From an uncultured Acidobacteriaceae bacterium (lineage in GTDB: Bacteria > Acidobacteriota > Terriglobia > Terriglobales > Acidobacteriaceae): DNA of 64,000 nt. Below the pieces are notes generated by a model. It searched no databases. It saw only the letters and a list, made by a program, of their open reading frames with translations, and was not told the origin of the DNA. The position numbers and the translations under genes are program-made. This document shows, in pieces, positions 30,668-39,179 of the stretch. The stretch covers positions 4,154-68,153 of the forward strand of contig CAWHVN010000016.1 of the NCBI GenBank assembly GCA_963832805.1, in the 5' to 3' direction. How positions within the stretch are numbered: the stretch's first letter is position 1; each line of letters starts with the position of its first letter.

Positions 30668-30781
30668 CTACTTCGGCGGCGGTGGCGGCGTGAAGATCTC
30701 GCGCTTGCGTCCTGGTTCCGGTTTCGGCTTCGGCTTGGGAGCCTTCTTCGCTTCTCTCTTGCCCTTGTCTTTGTTTCCCAT
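30668..30781 (-). CDS. Small basic K/P-rich protein (37 aa), below the ORF-track cut-off
   Basis: Hand translation MGNKDKGKREAKKAPKPKPKPEPGRKREIFTPPPPPK*; many G/C-ending codons; terminator downstream. Confidence 0.6.
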   Translation of the reverse strand: MGNKDKGKREAKKAPKPKPKPEPGRKREIFTPPPPPK

Positions 30782-30886
30782 GCAAGCAAGCATGACACAG
30801 AAGACTCAGGCTGAAAAGTGCCAAAGCGGCCACGCGCCGCCCGCGTCACCCGGCAGTTCGCGCGGCCTCATGCCGATTGCCGCGCT

Positions 30887-31294
30887 TCAAGCGGCGTCCG
30901 ATTGCAGGCCGGTGGGAGTAGGCGCCCCCGCAAGAGAGACAAACCTCTCCGGCCGGCAGCAGGCGCGATCGAGTTGAGCGCGATCGGCCTGCATCTCCCG
31001 GTCGGCGTCAAACGATGCCAGAGTTGCGTCCAGAATCGCGGCAGCCCCCGCGTCCGCAGGCCGCTCGATGCGGTAGTGGATCCACTTTCCCTCACGCCGC
31101 GCGCGCACGACTCCCGCCCGCCGCAGGTAGGCCAGGTGCCGCGACACCTTCGGTTGGCTCTGCCTCAGGATCTCCACAAAGTAGCACACGCACACCTCGC
31201 GGCCATTCATCAGGTTCAGCAGGCGCAAGCGCGTGCGGTCTGCCAATGCGGCAAACAGGTTTGCCAGTTCCGCAGATTTTGCGTTTCTCCCCAT
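30887..31294 (-). CDS. arsR: ArsR/SmtB family As(III)-responsive repressor
   Basis: LFAALADRTRLRLL, EVCVC, SQPKVSRHLAYLR, RREGKWIHY; AAGGAG SD; divergent from arsM. Confidence 0.92.
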   Translation of the reverse strand: MGRNAKSAELANLFAALADRTRLRLLNLMNGREVCVCYFVEILRQSQPKVSRHLAYLRRAGVVRARREGKWIHYRIERPADAGAAAILDATLASFDADREMQADRAQLDRACCRPERFVSLAGAPTPTGLQSDAA

Positions 31295-31311
31295 CTCCTT
31301 AAATATACGCC

Positions 31312-31354
31312 TTGACAAATATGTATGCCAGTCATATATTTGCTTAAGCATATA
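31312..31354 (+). promoter_or_regulatory. Sigma70 promoter (TTGACA-N17-TATATT) with overlapping palindromic putative ArsR operator
   Basis: -35 at 31312-31317, -10 at 31335-31340; perfect palindrome TGCTTAAGCA at 31341-31350 within TATTTGCTTAAGCATATA. Confidence 0.75.
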
Positions 31355-31369
31355 CGAGGGAGGGCTCGA

Positions 31370-32227
31370 ATGACAGCCTCGGCGGAAGTGAAAGAGCAAG
31401 TGAAGCAAAAGTATGGGAGCGCGGCCCGTGCCGTCGCGGAGGCAGGCAGTTTGCAGGCCTGTTGCGACCCCGGGCTTCGCTGCTGCGACCCCATCACCAC
31501 GAATCTTTACAGCGACAGTGAAAAGGGGCTCATCCCGGAGAAAGCCGTGCTGGCTTCGCTGGGCTGCGGCAATCCCACTGCGCTCATTGAGCTGAAGCCC
31601 GGCGAAGTCGTCCTCGACCTCGGTTCCGGCGGCGGCATTGACGTGCTGCTCTCCGCGCGACGCGTGGCTCCCGGCGGCAAAGCCTACGGCCTCGACATGA
31701 CCGACGAGATGCTTGCCCTGGCACGCGAAAACCAGCGCAAGGCGGGCGTCGAGAACGTTGAATTTCTCAAAGGCGAAATCGAGAACATTCCTCTTGCCGA
31801 AAATTCGGTTGACGTCATCATCTCCAACTGCGTTATCAACCTCTCGGCCGACAAGGACCGCGTGTTGCGTGAGGCCTTTCGCGTCCTCAAGCCGGGCGGC
31901 CGTTTCGCCGTTTCCGACGTCGTCGTGCGCGGCACCGTCCCCGATGCCGTGCGCCAGAGCATGTTGCTGTGGGTGGGTTGCATGGCAGGCGCGCTCGAGG
32001 AGCAGGACTATCGCGCCCGCCTTGTCGCCGCCGGATTTGCCGATGTCTCCTTCGAGCCCACGCGCGTCTACAACGCCGAGGATGCACGCCAATCTCTCAC
32101 CGAGGCGGGTGTCGATGTGGATGCGATCGCTCCCGAGGTCGATGGCAAATTCCTCAGCGCCTTCATCCGCGCCGTCAAACCTCAATTACCCTGCTGCGCG
32201 CCCGGCTGCTGCGGCGCCGCGGCATAG
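31370..32227 (+). CDS. arsM: Arsenite S-adenosylmethionine methyltransferase
   Basis: [36 protein letters not shown]; Cys-rich termini. Confidence 0.93.
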   Translation: MTASAEVKEQVKQKYGSAARAVAEAGSLQACCDPGLRCCDPITTNLYSDSEKGLIPEKAVLASLGCGNPTALIELKPGEVVLDLGSGGGIDVLLSARRVAPGGKAYGLDMTDEMLALARENQRKAGVENVEFLKGEIENIPLAENSVDVIISNCVINLSADKDRVLREAFRVLKPGGRFAVSDVVVRGTVPDAVRQSMLLWVGCMAGALEEQDYRARLVAAGFADVSFEPTRVYNAEDARQSLTEAGVDVDAIAPEVDGKFLSAFIRAVKPQLPCCAPGCCGAAA

Positions 32228-32237
32228 GAGCCGAATC

Positions 32238-32729
32238 ATGCCCAACCACTACAACGTCCTCTTTCTCTGCACGGGAAACTCCGCCCGGTCAATTCTGGCC
32301 GAGGCCATCCTGAATCGTAAGGGCAGAGGGATTTTCACTGCCTATAGTGCCGGCAGCCATCCGTCAGGGACGGTCCGGCCCGAGGCGCTAAGGCAGCTTG
32401 ACCTTGCGCACATACCCACCGCAGGACTGCGCAGCAAATCGTGGGACGAGTTCGCCGCGCCCGACGCGCCCAAAATGGACTTTGTCTTCACCGTTTGCGA
32501 CAACGCCGCCAAAGAGACATGCCCCTACTGGCCCGGCCAGCCCATGACCGCGCACTGGGGAGTTCCCGATCCGGCTGCGGTGACGGGCACGCCTGAGGTG
32601 ATCGAGCGCGCTTTCCGCGACGCCTTTTCCATCCTCGACCGGCGCATCAGCCTGCTCCTTTCATTGCCTCTCGGGTCGCTCAAGCAGCTCGCCATCCAGC
32701 GCGAGATCGACAAGATCGGCCGTTCCTGA
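32238..32729 (+). CDS. arsC: Arsenate reductase, LMW-PTP (thioredoxin-coupled) type
   Basis: LFLCTGNSARS, SAGSHP, TVCDNAAKETCP, HWGVPDP. Confidence 0.92.
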   Translation: MPNHYNVLFLCTGNSARSILAEAILNRKGRGIFTAYSAGSHPSGTVRPEALRQLDLAHIPTAGLRSKSWDEFAAPDAPKMDFVFTVCDNAAKETCPYWPGQPMTAHWGVPDPAAVTGTPEVIERAFRDAFSILDRRISLLLSLPLGSLKQLAIQREIDKIGRS

Positions 32730-32785
32730 GCGGCGGCTTGCGCCGCAAGCCAACATGCACATCACGTTGTTTTTGAGGTTTGCTG

Positions 32786-33871
32786 ATGAAAGTCTCGGGT
32801 CGACTCTCGTTTCTTGATCGTTATCTCACCGCCTGGATCTTCGCCGCTATGGTGGCCGGCGTGGCGCTCGGATGGCTCGTCCCCGGCATCGTTCCTTTTC
32901 TCGACCGCTTCAGCATCGGCACCACGTCGATCCCCATCGCCGTGGGCCTGATCGTGATGATGTACCCGCCCTTCACCAAGGTGCGGTACGACGAGCTGCA
33001 CGAAGTCTTTCGCAACAAGAAGGTGCTCGCCCTTTCACTGGTGCAGAACTGGCTCATCGGGCCTGTCCTCATGTTCGTTCTGGCCATCTTGTTCCTGCGC
33101 GGATACCCGGAATACATGGCCGGCCTCATCATGATTGGGCTTGCCCGATGCATCGCCATGGTCATCGTCTGGAACGAGCTGGCCAAAGGCGACACCGAAT
33201 ACGCCGCCGGCCTGGTGGCCTTCAACTCTCTCTTTCAGGTCTTCTTCTACTCGCTCTACGCTTGGGTCTTCATCACCGTTCTGCCGGCAAAGCTCGGGTT
33301 GCAGGGCGCGGTCGTTCACGTCTCCATTGGCCAAATCGCGCAGAGCGTTTTCATTTATCTGGGCATTCCATGCCTCGCCGGATTCCTTACGCGCACCGTC
33401 CTTGTCCGCGCCAAAGGCCTTGCCTGGTACGACCGCAACTTTGTCCCGCGCATCAGTCCCCTCACTCTCGTCGCCCTCCTCTTCACTATCGTCGTCATGT
33501 TCTCGCTCAAAGGAAACTACATCGTTCGTCTTCCGCTCGATGTCCTCAGGATTGCCGCGCCCCTTCTGGTCTATTTCGTGGTCATGTTTCTGGTCTCGTT
33601 TTATATGGGCCGTAAGCTTGGCGCGGACTACTCCAAAACCACGACGCTGGCCTTCACTGCCGCATCCAACAACTTCGAGCTGGCCATCGCTGTTGCCGTC
33701 TCCGTCTTCGGCATCAATTCTGGAGCCGCCTTTGCAGCCGTCATCGGACCCTTGGTCGAGGTGCCCGTGATGATCGCGCTGGTCAACGTTGCGCTCTTTT
33801 TTCAGCGCAGGTACTTTCCCGATCCTCAGGCAGCGCAGATCGATTCCGTCTGCGCATCCGCCAGGAAGTAG
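32786..33871 (+). CDS. acr3: Acr3 family arsenite efflux permease
   Basis: [51 protein letters not shown]. Confidence 0.95.
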   Translation: MKVSGRLSFLDRYLTAWIFAAMVAGVALGWLVPGIVPFLDRFSIGTTSIPIAVGLIVMMYPPFTKVRYDELHEVFRNKKVLALSLVQNWLIGPVLMFVLAILFLRGYPEYMAGLIMIGLARCIAMVIVWNELAKGDTEYAAGLVAFNSLFQVFFYSLYAWVFITVLPAKLGLQGAVVHVSIGQIAQSVFIYLGIPCLAGFLTRTVLVRAKGLAWYDRNFVPRISPLTLVALLFTIVVMFSLKGNYIVRLPLDVLRIAAPLLVYFVVMFLVSFYMGRKLGADYSKTTTLAFTAASNNFELAIAVAVSVFGINSGAAFAAVIGPLVEVPVMIALVNVALFFQRRYFPDPQAAQIDSVCASARK

Positions 33872-33902
33872 GCCCCCCCTCGCCCGTTATTCTGAAAGAA
33901 CC

Positions 33903-34466
33903 ATGATCAGTTCAGCCCGGCCTCTTCGCCGCGTCGCCGTCTTCTGCGGATCGGCCTTTGGAAAGAATCCGGCCTTCCGCGCTGAGGCAACAGCTCTCGG
34001 TGGCGCAATTGCCAAAGCCGGCCTTGGCCTGGTCTACGGCGGAGCCTGTCGCGGCCTGATGGGTGTGGTGGCTGACGCGGCGCTCGCCGCCGGCGGAGAA
34101 GTGATCGGCGTGCTGCCCGACGCTCTCAGTGGCCGCGAGATTGCTCACAACGGCCTCACCTCACTCGAGATCGTCTCCACCATGCACGAGCGCAAGGCCC
34201 GCATTCACGAGTTGTCCGACGCCATCCTTGCGCTGCCCGGCGGCTACGGCACACTCGACGAATTACTGGAAGCCATCACCTGGGCGCAGATCGGCATTCA
34301 CGCGAAGCCGTGCATCCTGATTAACACGCTCAATTATTGGGACGGCCTGCTCGCCTTCCTGGATGACGCTGTCGATGCCGGCTTCATCGAAGCCCGCAAC
34401 CGGCAGCTCGTTCGTGTCGCCGCAACCGCCGCTGAAGCGCTCGCCATAGCTGCCAACCACGCGTGA
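33903..34466 (+). CDS. LOG family nucleotide phosphoribohydrolase (TIGR00730-like)
   Basis: VAVFCGS, LVYGG..GLMG, MHERK, PGGYGTLDE. Confidence 0.92.
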   Translation: MISSARPLRRVAVFCGSAFGKNPAFRAEATALGGAIAKAGLGLVYGGACRGLMGVVADAALAAGGEVIGVLPDALSGREIAHNGLTSLEIVSTMHERKARIHELSDAILALPGGYGTLDELLEAITWAQIGIHAKPCILINTLNYWDGLLAFLDDAVDAGFIEARNRQLVRVAATAAEALAIAANHA

Positions 34467-34506
34467 GCCGCGGATCATCAGCCGCGTTCGGCGGTATCAT
34501 GCCGTT

Positions 34507-35517
34507 ATGTCAACAAAGTTACGTTTCGGCGTGCTCAGCACCGCCAACATCGGCCTGAAAAAAGTCATCCCTGCCATGCAGCAGGGCGAGCTTACCGCCG
34601 TCACCGCCATTGCATCGCGCGATCTGCCCAAGGCCCGCGAGGCGGCCACGAGACTCGGTATTCCCGCAGCCTACGGCTCTTACGAGGAGCTCCTCGCCGA
34701 CCCCAACATCGACGCCATCTACAATCCGCTGCCCAATCAGCTCCACGTCTCGTGGACCGCGAAGGCCGCTGAAGCCGGCAAGCACGTGCTCTGCGAGAAG
34801 CCGCTCAGCATGACTGTGGCCGAGGCCAAAACGCTCCTCGGCGTGCGGGCCCGCACCGGCGTCAAGATCTGCGAAGCCTTCATGATCCGCAGCGCGCCGC
34901 AATGGATGCGTGCCCGCCAGCTCCTCGACGAAGGCCGAATCGGAGAGATCCGCGCCATCAATGCGCACTTCAGCTACTTCAATGTGGACCCGGCAAACAT
35001 TCGCAACCAGATCGAGACGGGTGGTGGCGCACTCTACGACATCGGATGCTACTGCATTCAAGCCTCACGTTTTGCTTTCGATCAGCAGCCGCGGCGCGTG
35101 GTGGCGCTCGTCGATCGCGATGCGCAGATGGGCACCGACATGCTGGCTTCGGCGATCCTCGACTTCGGTTCCGGCCACGCTATCTTTACCTGCAGCACGC
35201 AGCAGATCCCGTTTCAGCGCGTCCAGATTCTGGGCACGCGCGGCCGCATCGAGCTCGAGATTCCCTTCAACGCGCCCAACGACCGCCCCACGCGGCTCTT
35301 CATCGACTCGACCGGCGACCTCACCTTCAGCGGCATCACCATGGAGACCTTTCCCACATCGGATCAGTACACGCTGCAGGGTGACGCCTTCGCCAGAGCC
35401 GTATTTGAGAACACCGACGTGCCTGTGCCGCTGGAAGATTCAATCGCCAATATGGCCGTCATTGAAGCCATCTTCCGCTCGGGAAAGTCGGGCCAATGGG
35501 AGCAGCCGGAGCAATAG
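34507..35517 (+). CDS. Gfo/Idh/MocA oxidoreductase
   Basis: GVLSTANIG, YNPLPN, HVLCEKP, GGGALYDIGCY. Confidence 0.93.
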   Translation: MSTKLRFGVLSTANIGLKKVIPAMQQGELTAVTAIASRDLPKAREAATRLGIPAAYGSYEELLADPNIDAIYNPLPNQLHVSWTAKAAEAGKHVLCEKPLSMTVAEAKTLLGVRARTGVKICEAFMIRSAPQWMRARQLLDEGRIGEIRAINAHFSYFNVDPANIRNQIETGGGALYDIGCYCIQASRFAFDQQPRRVVALVDRDAQMGTDMLASAILDFGSGHAIFTCSTQQIPFQRVQILGTRGRIELEIPFNAPNDRPTRLFIDSTGDLTFSGITMETFPTSDQYTLQGDAFARAVFENTDVPVPLEDSIANMAVIEAIFRSGKSGQWEQPEQ

Positions 35518-35569
35518 GAGTTTTCGTTCGCTGATCGGCCGTGCGCTGCTCTCCGCATGGTCGCGCAGG

Positions 35570-36625
35570 CTACGCGGCAGTTGCGCACTCGCGCAGGTCG
35601 CGGCTCAGCGCATCAACACGGTCAGGATCGCTGTCCCATGCGAACATGAAGCGCGCTGCTCCGCCAATGAAGGTGTAGAAGCTCCATCCCCGGGCGCGGA
35701 GATTGTTGAGCACCGTCTCCTGCGCCTCAACGAACACCGCATTAGCCTCGACGGGCTGCGCCAGTCGCACGCCGGGAATTCCCGCAACTTGCGACGCAAA
35801 CTGCCGCGCGCAGCGGTTAGCGTGCTCGGCGTTGCGCAGCCACGCTCCGTCCTCCAGCATGCCCACCCAGGGCGCCGAAAGAAAACGCATCTTGGCCGCA
35901 AGTTGTCCCGCCTGCTTGCAACGGTAGTCGAAGTCCGTTGCCAGTGCACGATCAAAGAATAGGACAGCTTCTCCCATCGCCATGCCGTTCTTGGCTCCGC
36001 CAAAGCACAGCACATCCACGCCGCTCTTCCAGCTCATCTCCGCCGGCGAGCAGCCCAGGCTGGCGCAGGCGTTGGCAAAGCGCGCGCCATCCATATGCAG
36101 CGAGAGCCCGCGTTTGCGGCACTCCTCTGAGATCGCGCGCAACTCGGCGAGCGAGTAGACGCGGCCGGTTTCGGTGGATTGCGTGATCGACACTACGCGC
36201 GGTTTCGGATAGTGAATGTCGCTGCGCTTCGTTGCCAGCTCGCGAATCGCCTCCGACGTAAGCTTTCCTTCCTGGCTCGCCGCCACAAGCAGTTTCGAAC
36301 CGTTCGAGAAGAACTCCGGCGCGCCGCACTCATCAGTCTCCACGTGCGCCTGGTCCGAGCAGATGACGCTGTGATAGGACTGGCAGAGCGACGCCAGAGC
36401 CAGCGAGTTGGCCGCAGTGCCGTTGAACACGAAATACACTTCGCACGGAGTTTCAAACAGGTTCCGGAAGGCATCGGCCGCCTTGGCCGTCCACGGATCG
36501 TCACCGTACGACGTTACGTGTCCGCGATTGGCGGCCTCCATTGCCTGCCAGGCTTCGGGGCAGACTCCGGCGTAGTTGTCGCTGGCAAACTGCTGCTGCA
36601 ATTCGTTGTTTTCCATTTCCGCCAT
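35570..36625 (-). CDS. ltaE: Low-specificity L-threonine aldolase
   Basis: FASDNYAG, YGDDPWT, NGTAANSL, HMDGARFANA, FGGAKNG (PLP lysine). Confidence 0.88.
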   Translation of the reverse strand: MAEMENNELQQQFASDNYAGVCPEAWQAMEAANRGHVTSYGDDPWTAKAADAFRNLFETPCEVYFVFNGTAANSLALASLCQSYHSVICSDQAHVETDECGAPEFFSNGSKLLVAASQEGKLTSEAIRELATKRSDIHYPKPRVVSITQSTETGRVYSLAELRAISEECRKRGLSLHMDGARFANACASLGCSPAEMSWKSGVDVLCFGGAKNGMAMGEAVLFFDRALATDFDYRCKQAGQLAAKMRFLSAPWVGMLEDGAWLRNAEHANRCARQFASQVAGIPGVRLAQPVEANAVFVEAQETVLNNLRARGWSFYTFIGGAARFMFAWDSDPDRVDALSRDLRECATAA

Positions 36626-36719
36626 GGCGCAATCCTCGCTCATTCGGGACAGAGCACATCCCGGAGACACTTTCAGACTAACGGTGGATTTGCTCGGTGG
36701 GAGCAGGCGGTTGAGAAAT

Positions 36720-36794
36720 TGGAGGCGCGGGCCGGGATCGAACCGGCGCATAAAGGTTTTGCAGACCTCTCCCTTACCACTTGGGTACCGCGCC
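36720..36794 (-). tRNA. tRNA-Cys(GCA)
   Basis: GGCGCGGTACCCAAGTGGTAAGGGAGAGGTCTGCAAAACCT...GGTTCGATCC...CGCGCCTCCA folds as a cloverleaf with encoded CCA. Confidence 0.97.
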
Positions 36795-36873
36795 TTGGGC
36801 TGCCTGCCTCACGGGTTGCGGATCGTTCCGTTCCACTCTCCATCCGGCTCATTGCCGCCAGCGAAATGCGGAA

Positions 36874-36948
36874 TGGAGCGGGAGACGAGACTTGAACTCG
36901 CGACCCTCGCCTTGGCAAGGCGATGCTCTACCACTGAGCTACTCCCGC
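36874..36948 (-). tRNA. tRNA-Gly(GCC)
   Basis: GCGGGAGTAGCTCAGTGGTAGAGCATCGCCTTGCCAAGG...TTCAAG...CCCGCTCCA. Confidence 0.97.
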
Positions 36949-37239
36949 TTAGACCGGTTCCTGAGTTGATGTAGCCTTTTCAGAAGTTGTGCAAGGTGGC
37001 TCTTACTTCCACCCCACGGACCAAGACCTGTCCGCGGGGGCCCGGAAGGAAAGAGCCACTTGAGTGCAATGGCTTCGGGATACAGTAACTCAGGAACCGG
37101 TGTAACGCAAATTCGAGTATACCGGGCTGCCGAAACCGGGTCAAACCGGCTCACCCCGCCGAAAAGTGCTTCTCAACGCTGGAGTTCTGGTGCACCCCGT
37201 AGCGCGGAATTCCCGTCCAAATTCGCGTCCGGCGGGCGT

Positions 37240-37268
37240 TTGACCCACCCCGCAAATTCCCGTAGACT
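37240..37268 (+). promoter_or_regulatory. Sigma70 promoter for rpsT (TTGACC-N17-TAGACT)
   Basis: Near-consensus -35/-10 with 17-nt spacer, about 105 nt upstream of rpsT. Confidence 0.65.
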
Positions 37269-37373
37269 AAGAGATTGCGAGGGATGCGGCTCGATCTGCC
37301 CTCTACCCCGCATCATTTTTCCTGAAGTCAGGACCACCCCTGCAATTCAGGCTTTGGAGATGGAAGCACAACC

Positions 37374-37652
37374 ATGGCAAATCACGTATCGGCGCTCAAA
37401 CGCGCTCGCCAGACCGAAACCCGCACTGAAGTGAATCGCGCCAACCGCAGCCGCGTGCGCTCGAGCCTGCGCTCCCTGCGCGAGGCTCTGACTAAGGGCA
37501 ACGCGAAAGATGCGCAGGCGCAGTACCGCGCCACAGTTTCGGCCCTCGACAAGAGCGTGCAAAAGGGCGTTTTGCACTCGAACACCGTTTCCCGCTACAA
37601 GAGCCGCTTGAACGCGCGCCTCAAAACACTGGCAACTGCCAAGACAAAGTAG
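37374..37652 (+). CDS. rpsT: 30S ribosomal protein S20
   Basis: [13 protein letters not shown]...[22 protein letters not shown]. Confidence 0.97.
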   Translation: MANHVSALKRARQTETRTEVNRANRSRVRSSLRSLREALTKGNAKDAQAQYRATVSALDKSVQKGVLHSNTVSRYKSRLNARLKTLATAKTK

Positions 37653-37687
37653 CACTGCGGCCACAACCAAATCTGTAGATCAGCGCG

Positions 37688-37720
37688 AGCCGGGGGGCAT
37701 CCCCGGCTGTTGTTGTTTTT
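37688..37720 (+). terminator. Rho-independent terminator after rpsT
   Basis: AGCCGGGG-GGCAT-CCCCGGCT stem followed by GTTGTTGTTTTT. Confidence 0.75.
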
Positions 37721-37735
37721 GGGCGACGAGTTGGT

Positions 37736-38365
37736 TCACGGAGCCTTGCGCAGCAGCGGCTTCAGCACAGGGTAGAGCGTGTTGGCGATGATCGCGGAGC
37801 CTTTGGCGGTGGGATGGATGCCATCGCTCTGTATGGTTCCTGGAACGTTGATCAGATCCTTATAGAGCATGGGCACGACCGCTATGTGGTGCTTCGAAGC
37901 GAGATCGCGAAAGATCGCATCGAACGACCGGATGTAGTCGGGTCCATAATCCGGTGGAAGTGTGATGCCGGCGAGAAGGATCTTTACGTGAGCTTTTTCC
38001 AGGGCAGTGAGCACCTGGTCGAGATTGCTGTGCGTCTGCTCGACGGGAAGACCGCGCAGGCCGTCATTGCCTCCAAACTCCACGATCACGACGGCAGGGT
38101 GCAGGCGAAGCACGTACGGCAGGCCGGCAACCGCGTCCTTTGTGGTTGCGCCGCTCGTTCCCTGGTTGATCACTTTGTACGCGTAGCCCCGCGCGTCGAG
38201 CAGCTTCTGCAGATCGTCGGGAAAGGATTCGCCGTCACGCAGGCCCAACCCCGCTGTGATGCTGTCGCCATAGCAAACCAAAATCGGCCGATTGGCGGCA
38301 GAGAGCGGCCCAACCGGCAACAACATTAAACAAACTGCGATAAGAACCGTTCGCCGAACGTCCAC
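37736..38365 (-). CDS. tesA: Periplasmic SGNH arylesterase (TesA-like)
   Basis: Signal peptide, GDSITAG, GGNDGLRG, DGIHP; divergent from ybbAP-like ABC genes. Confidence 0.9.
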   Translation of the reverse strand: MDVRRTVLIAVCLMLLPVGPLSAANRPILVCYGDSITAGLGLRDGESFPDDLQKLLDARGYAYKVINQGTSGATTKDAVAGLPYVLRLHPAVVIVEFGGNDGLRGLPVEQTHSNLDQVLTALEKAHVKILLAGITLPPDYGPDYIRSFDAIFRDLASKHHIAVVPMLYKDLINVPGTIQSDGIHPTAKGSAIIANTLYPVLKPLLRKAP

Positions 38366-38450
38366 GTATCAAGTGTAGCTGCGGGAAAGTACGCAGTGGC
38401 ACAGAACAGCGATGACCGGCCATTTACACTGCGAATGACGGGAGAGCGAG

Positions 38451-39179
38451 TTGATTCAAGTCAAGGGTGCGAAGAAATGGATCCAGAATGGCGCGCGGCG
38501 CGTGGATATTCTGCAAGGCATATCCATTGACATTCCCGCAGGACAGTTTGTCGCCATCGTGGGTGCCAGTGGAAGCGGGAAGAGCACGCTGCTCGGGCTG
38601 CTTGCCGGTCTCGATTCGCCCAGCGAAGGAGAGATCTGGCTCGACGGCGTGCCCATCCACAACCTGGCGGAGACCGAGTTGGCGGCGGTGCGTGGGCGCA
38701 AGATCGGCTTTGTCTTTCAGTCCTACCAACTGATCCAAACCCTCACCGCTCTCGAAAACGTGTTGCTTCCTTACGAACTCAACCTGGAGGGCAACGGTCT
38801 CGCCCAGGCACGCCGCCTGCTCGATGAAGTGGGACTGAAGGAGCGCGTCGATCACTATCCCGTGCAGCTCTCCGGCGGCGAGCAGCAGCGCGTGGCGTTG
38901 GCGCGCGCCTTCGTGGTCGAGCCTCCCATCGTGATGGCCGATGAGCCAACCGGCAACCTCGATTCAGCCAATGGCCGCATGGTTCTCGATCTGCTTCTCG
39001 AACGGAATCGCAAGGCAGGAACGACGCTGGTCCTCGTCACGCACGACCCTGAAGTCGCCAGCCGCGCCGACCGCCGGATTGTGCTCAGGGATGGTCTTAT
39101 CGTCGAAGACTCCAAGCCGGGTTCGTTTCCGCCCGACTCTCGTTCCGCGCAAGGAGAACAATGGCCAGGCGCGCATTGA
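38451..39179 (+). CDS. ABC transporter ATP-binding protein (YbbA/LolD-like)
   Basis: GASGSGKS, LSGGEQQRV, ADEPTGNLD, VTHD. Confidence 0.95.
   Translation: MIQVKGAKKWIQNGARRVDILQGISIDIPAGQFVAIVGASGSGKSTLLGLLAGLDSPSEGEIWLDGVPIHNLAETELAAVRGRKIGFVFQSYQLIQTLTALENVLLPYELNLEGNGLAQARRLLDEVGLKERVDHYPVQLSGGEQQRVALARAFVVEPPIVMADEPTGNLDSANGRMVLDLLLERNRKAGTTLVLVTHDPEVASRADRRIVLRDGLIVEDSKPGSFPPDSRSAQGEQWPGAH

Noticed and set aside
30887-32729. Apparent long ArsR (432 aa) and ArsC (338 aa) fusion proteins in the ORF track
   Set aside because: The N-terminal extensions are shadow frames of arsM. Plausible starts with SD sequences are at 31294 and 32238.
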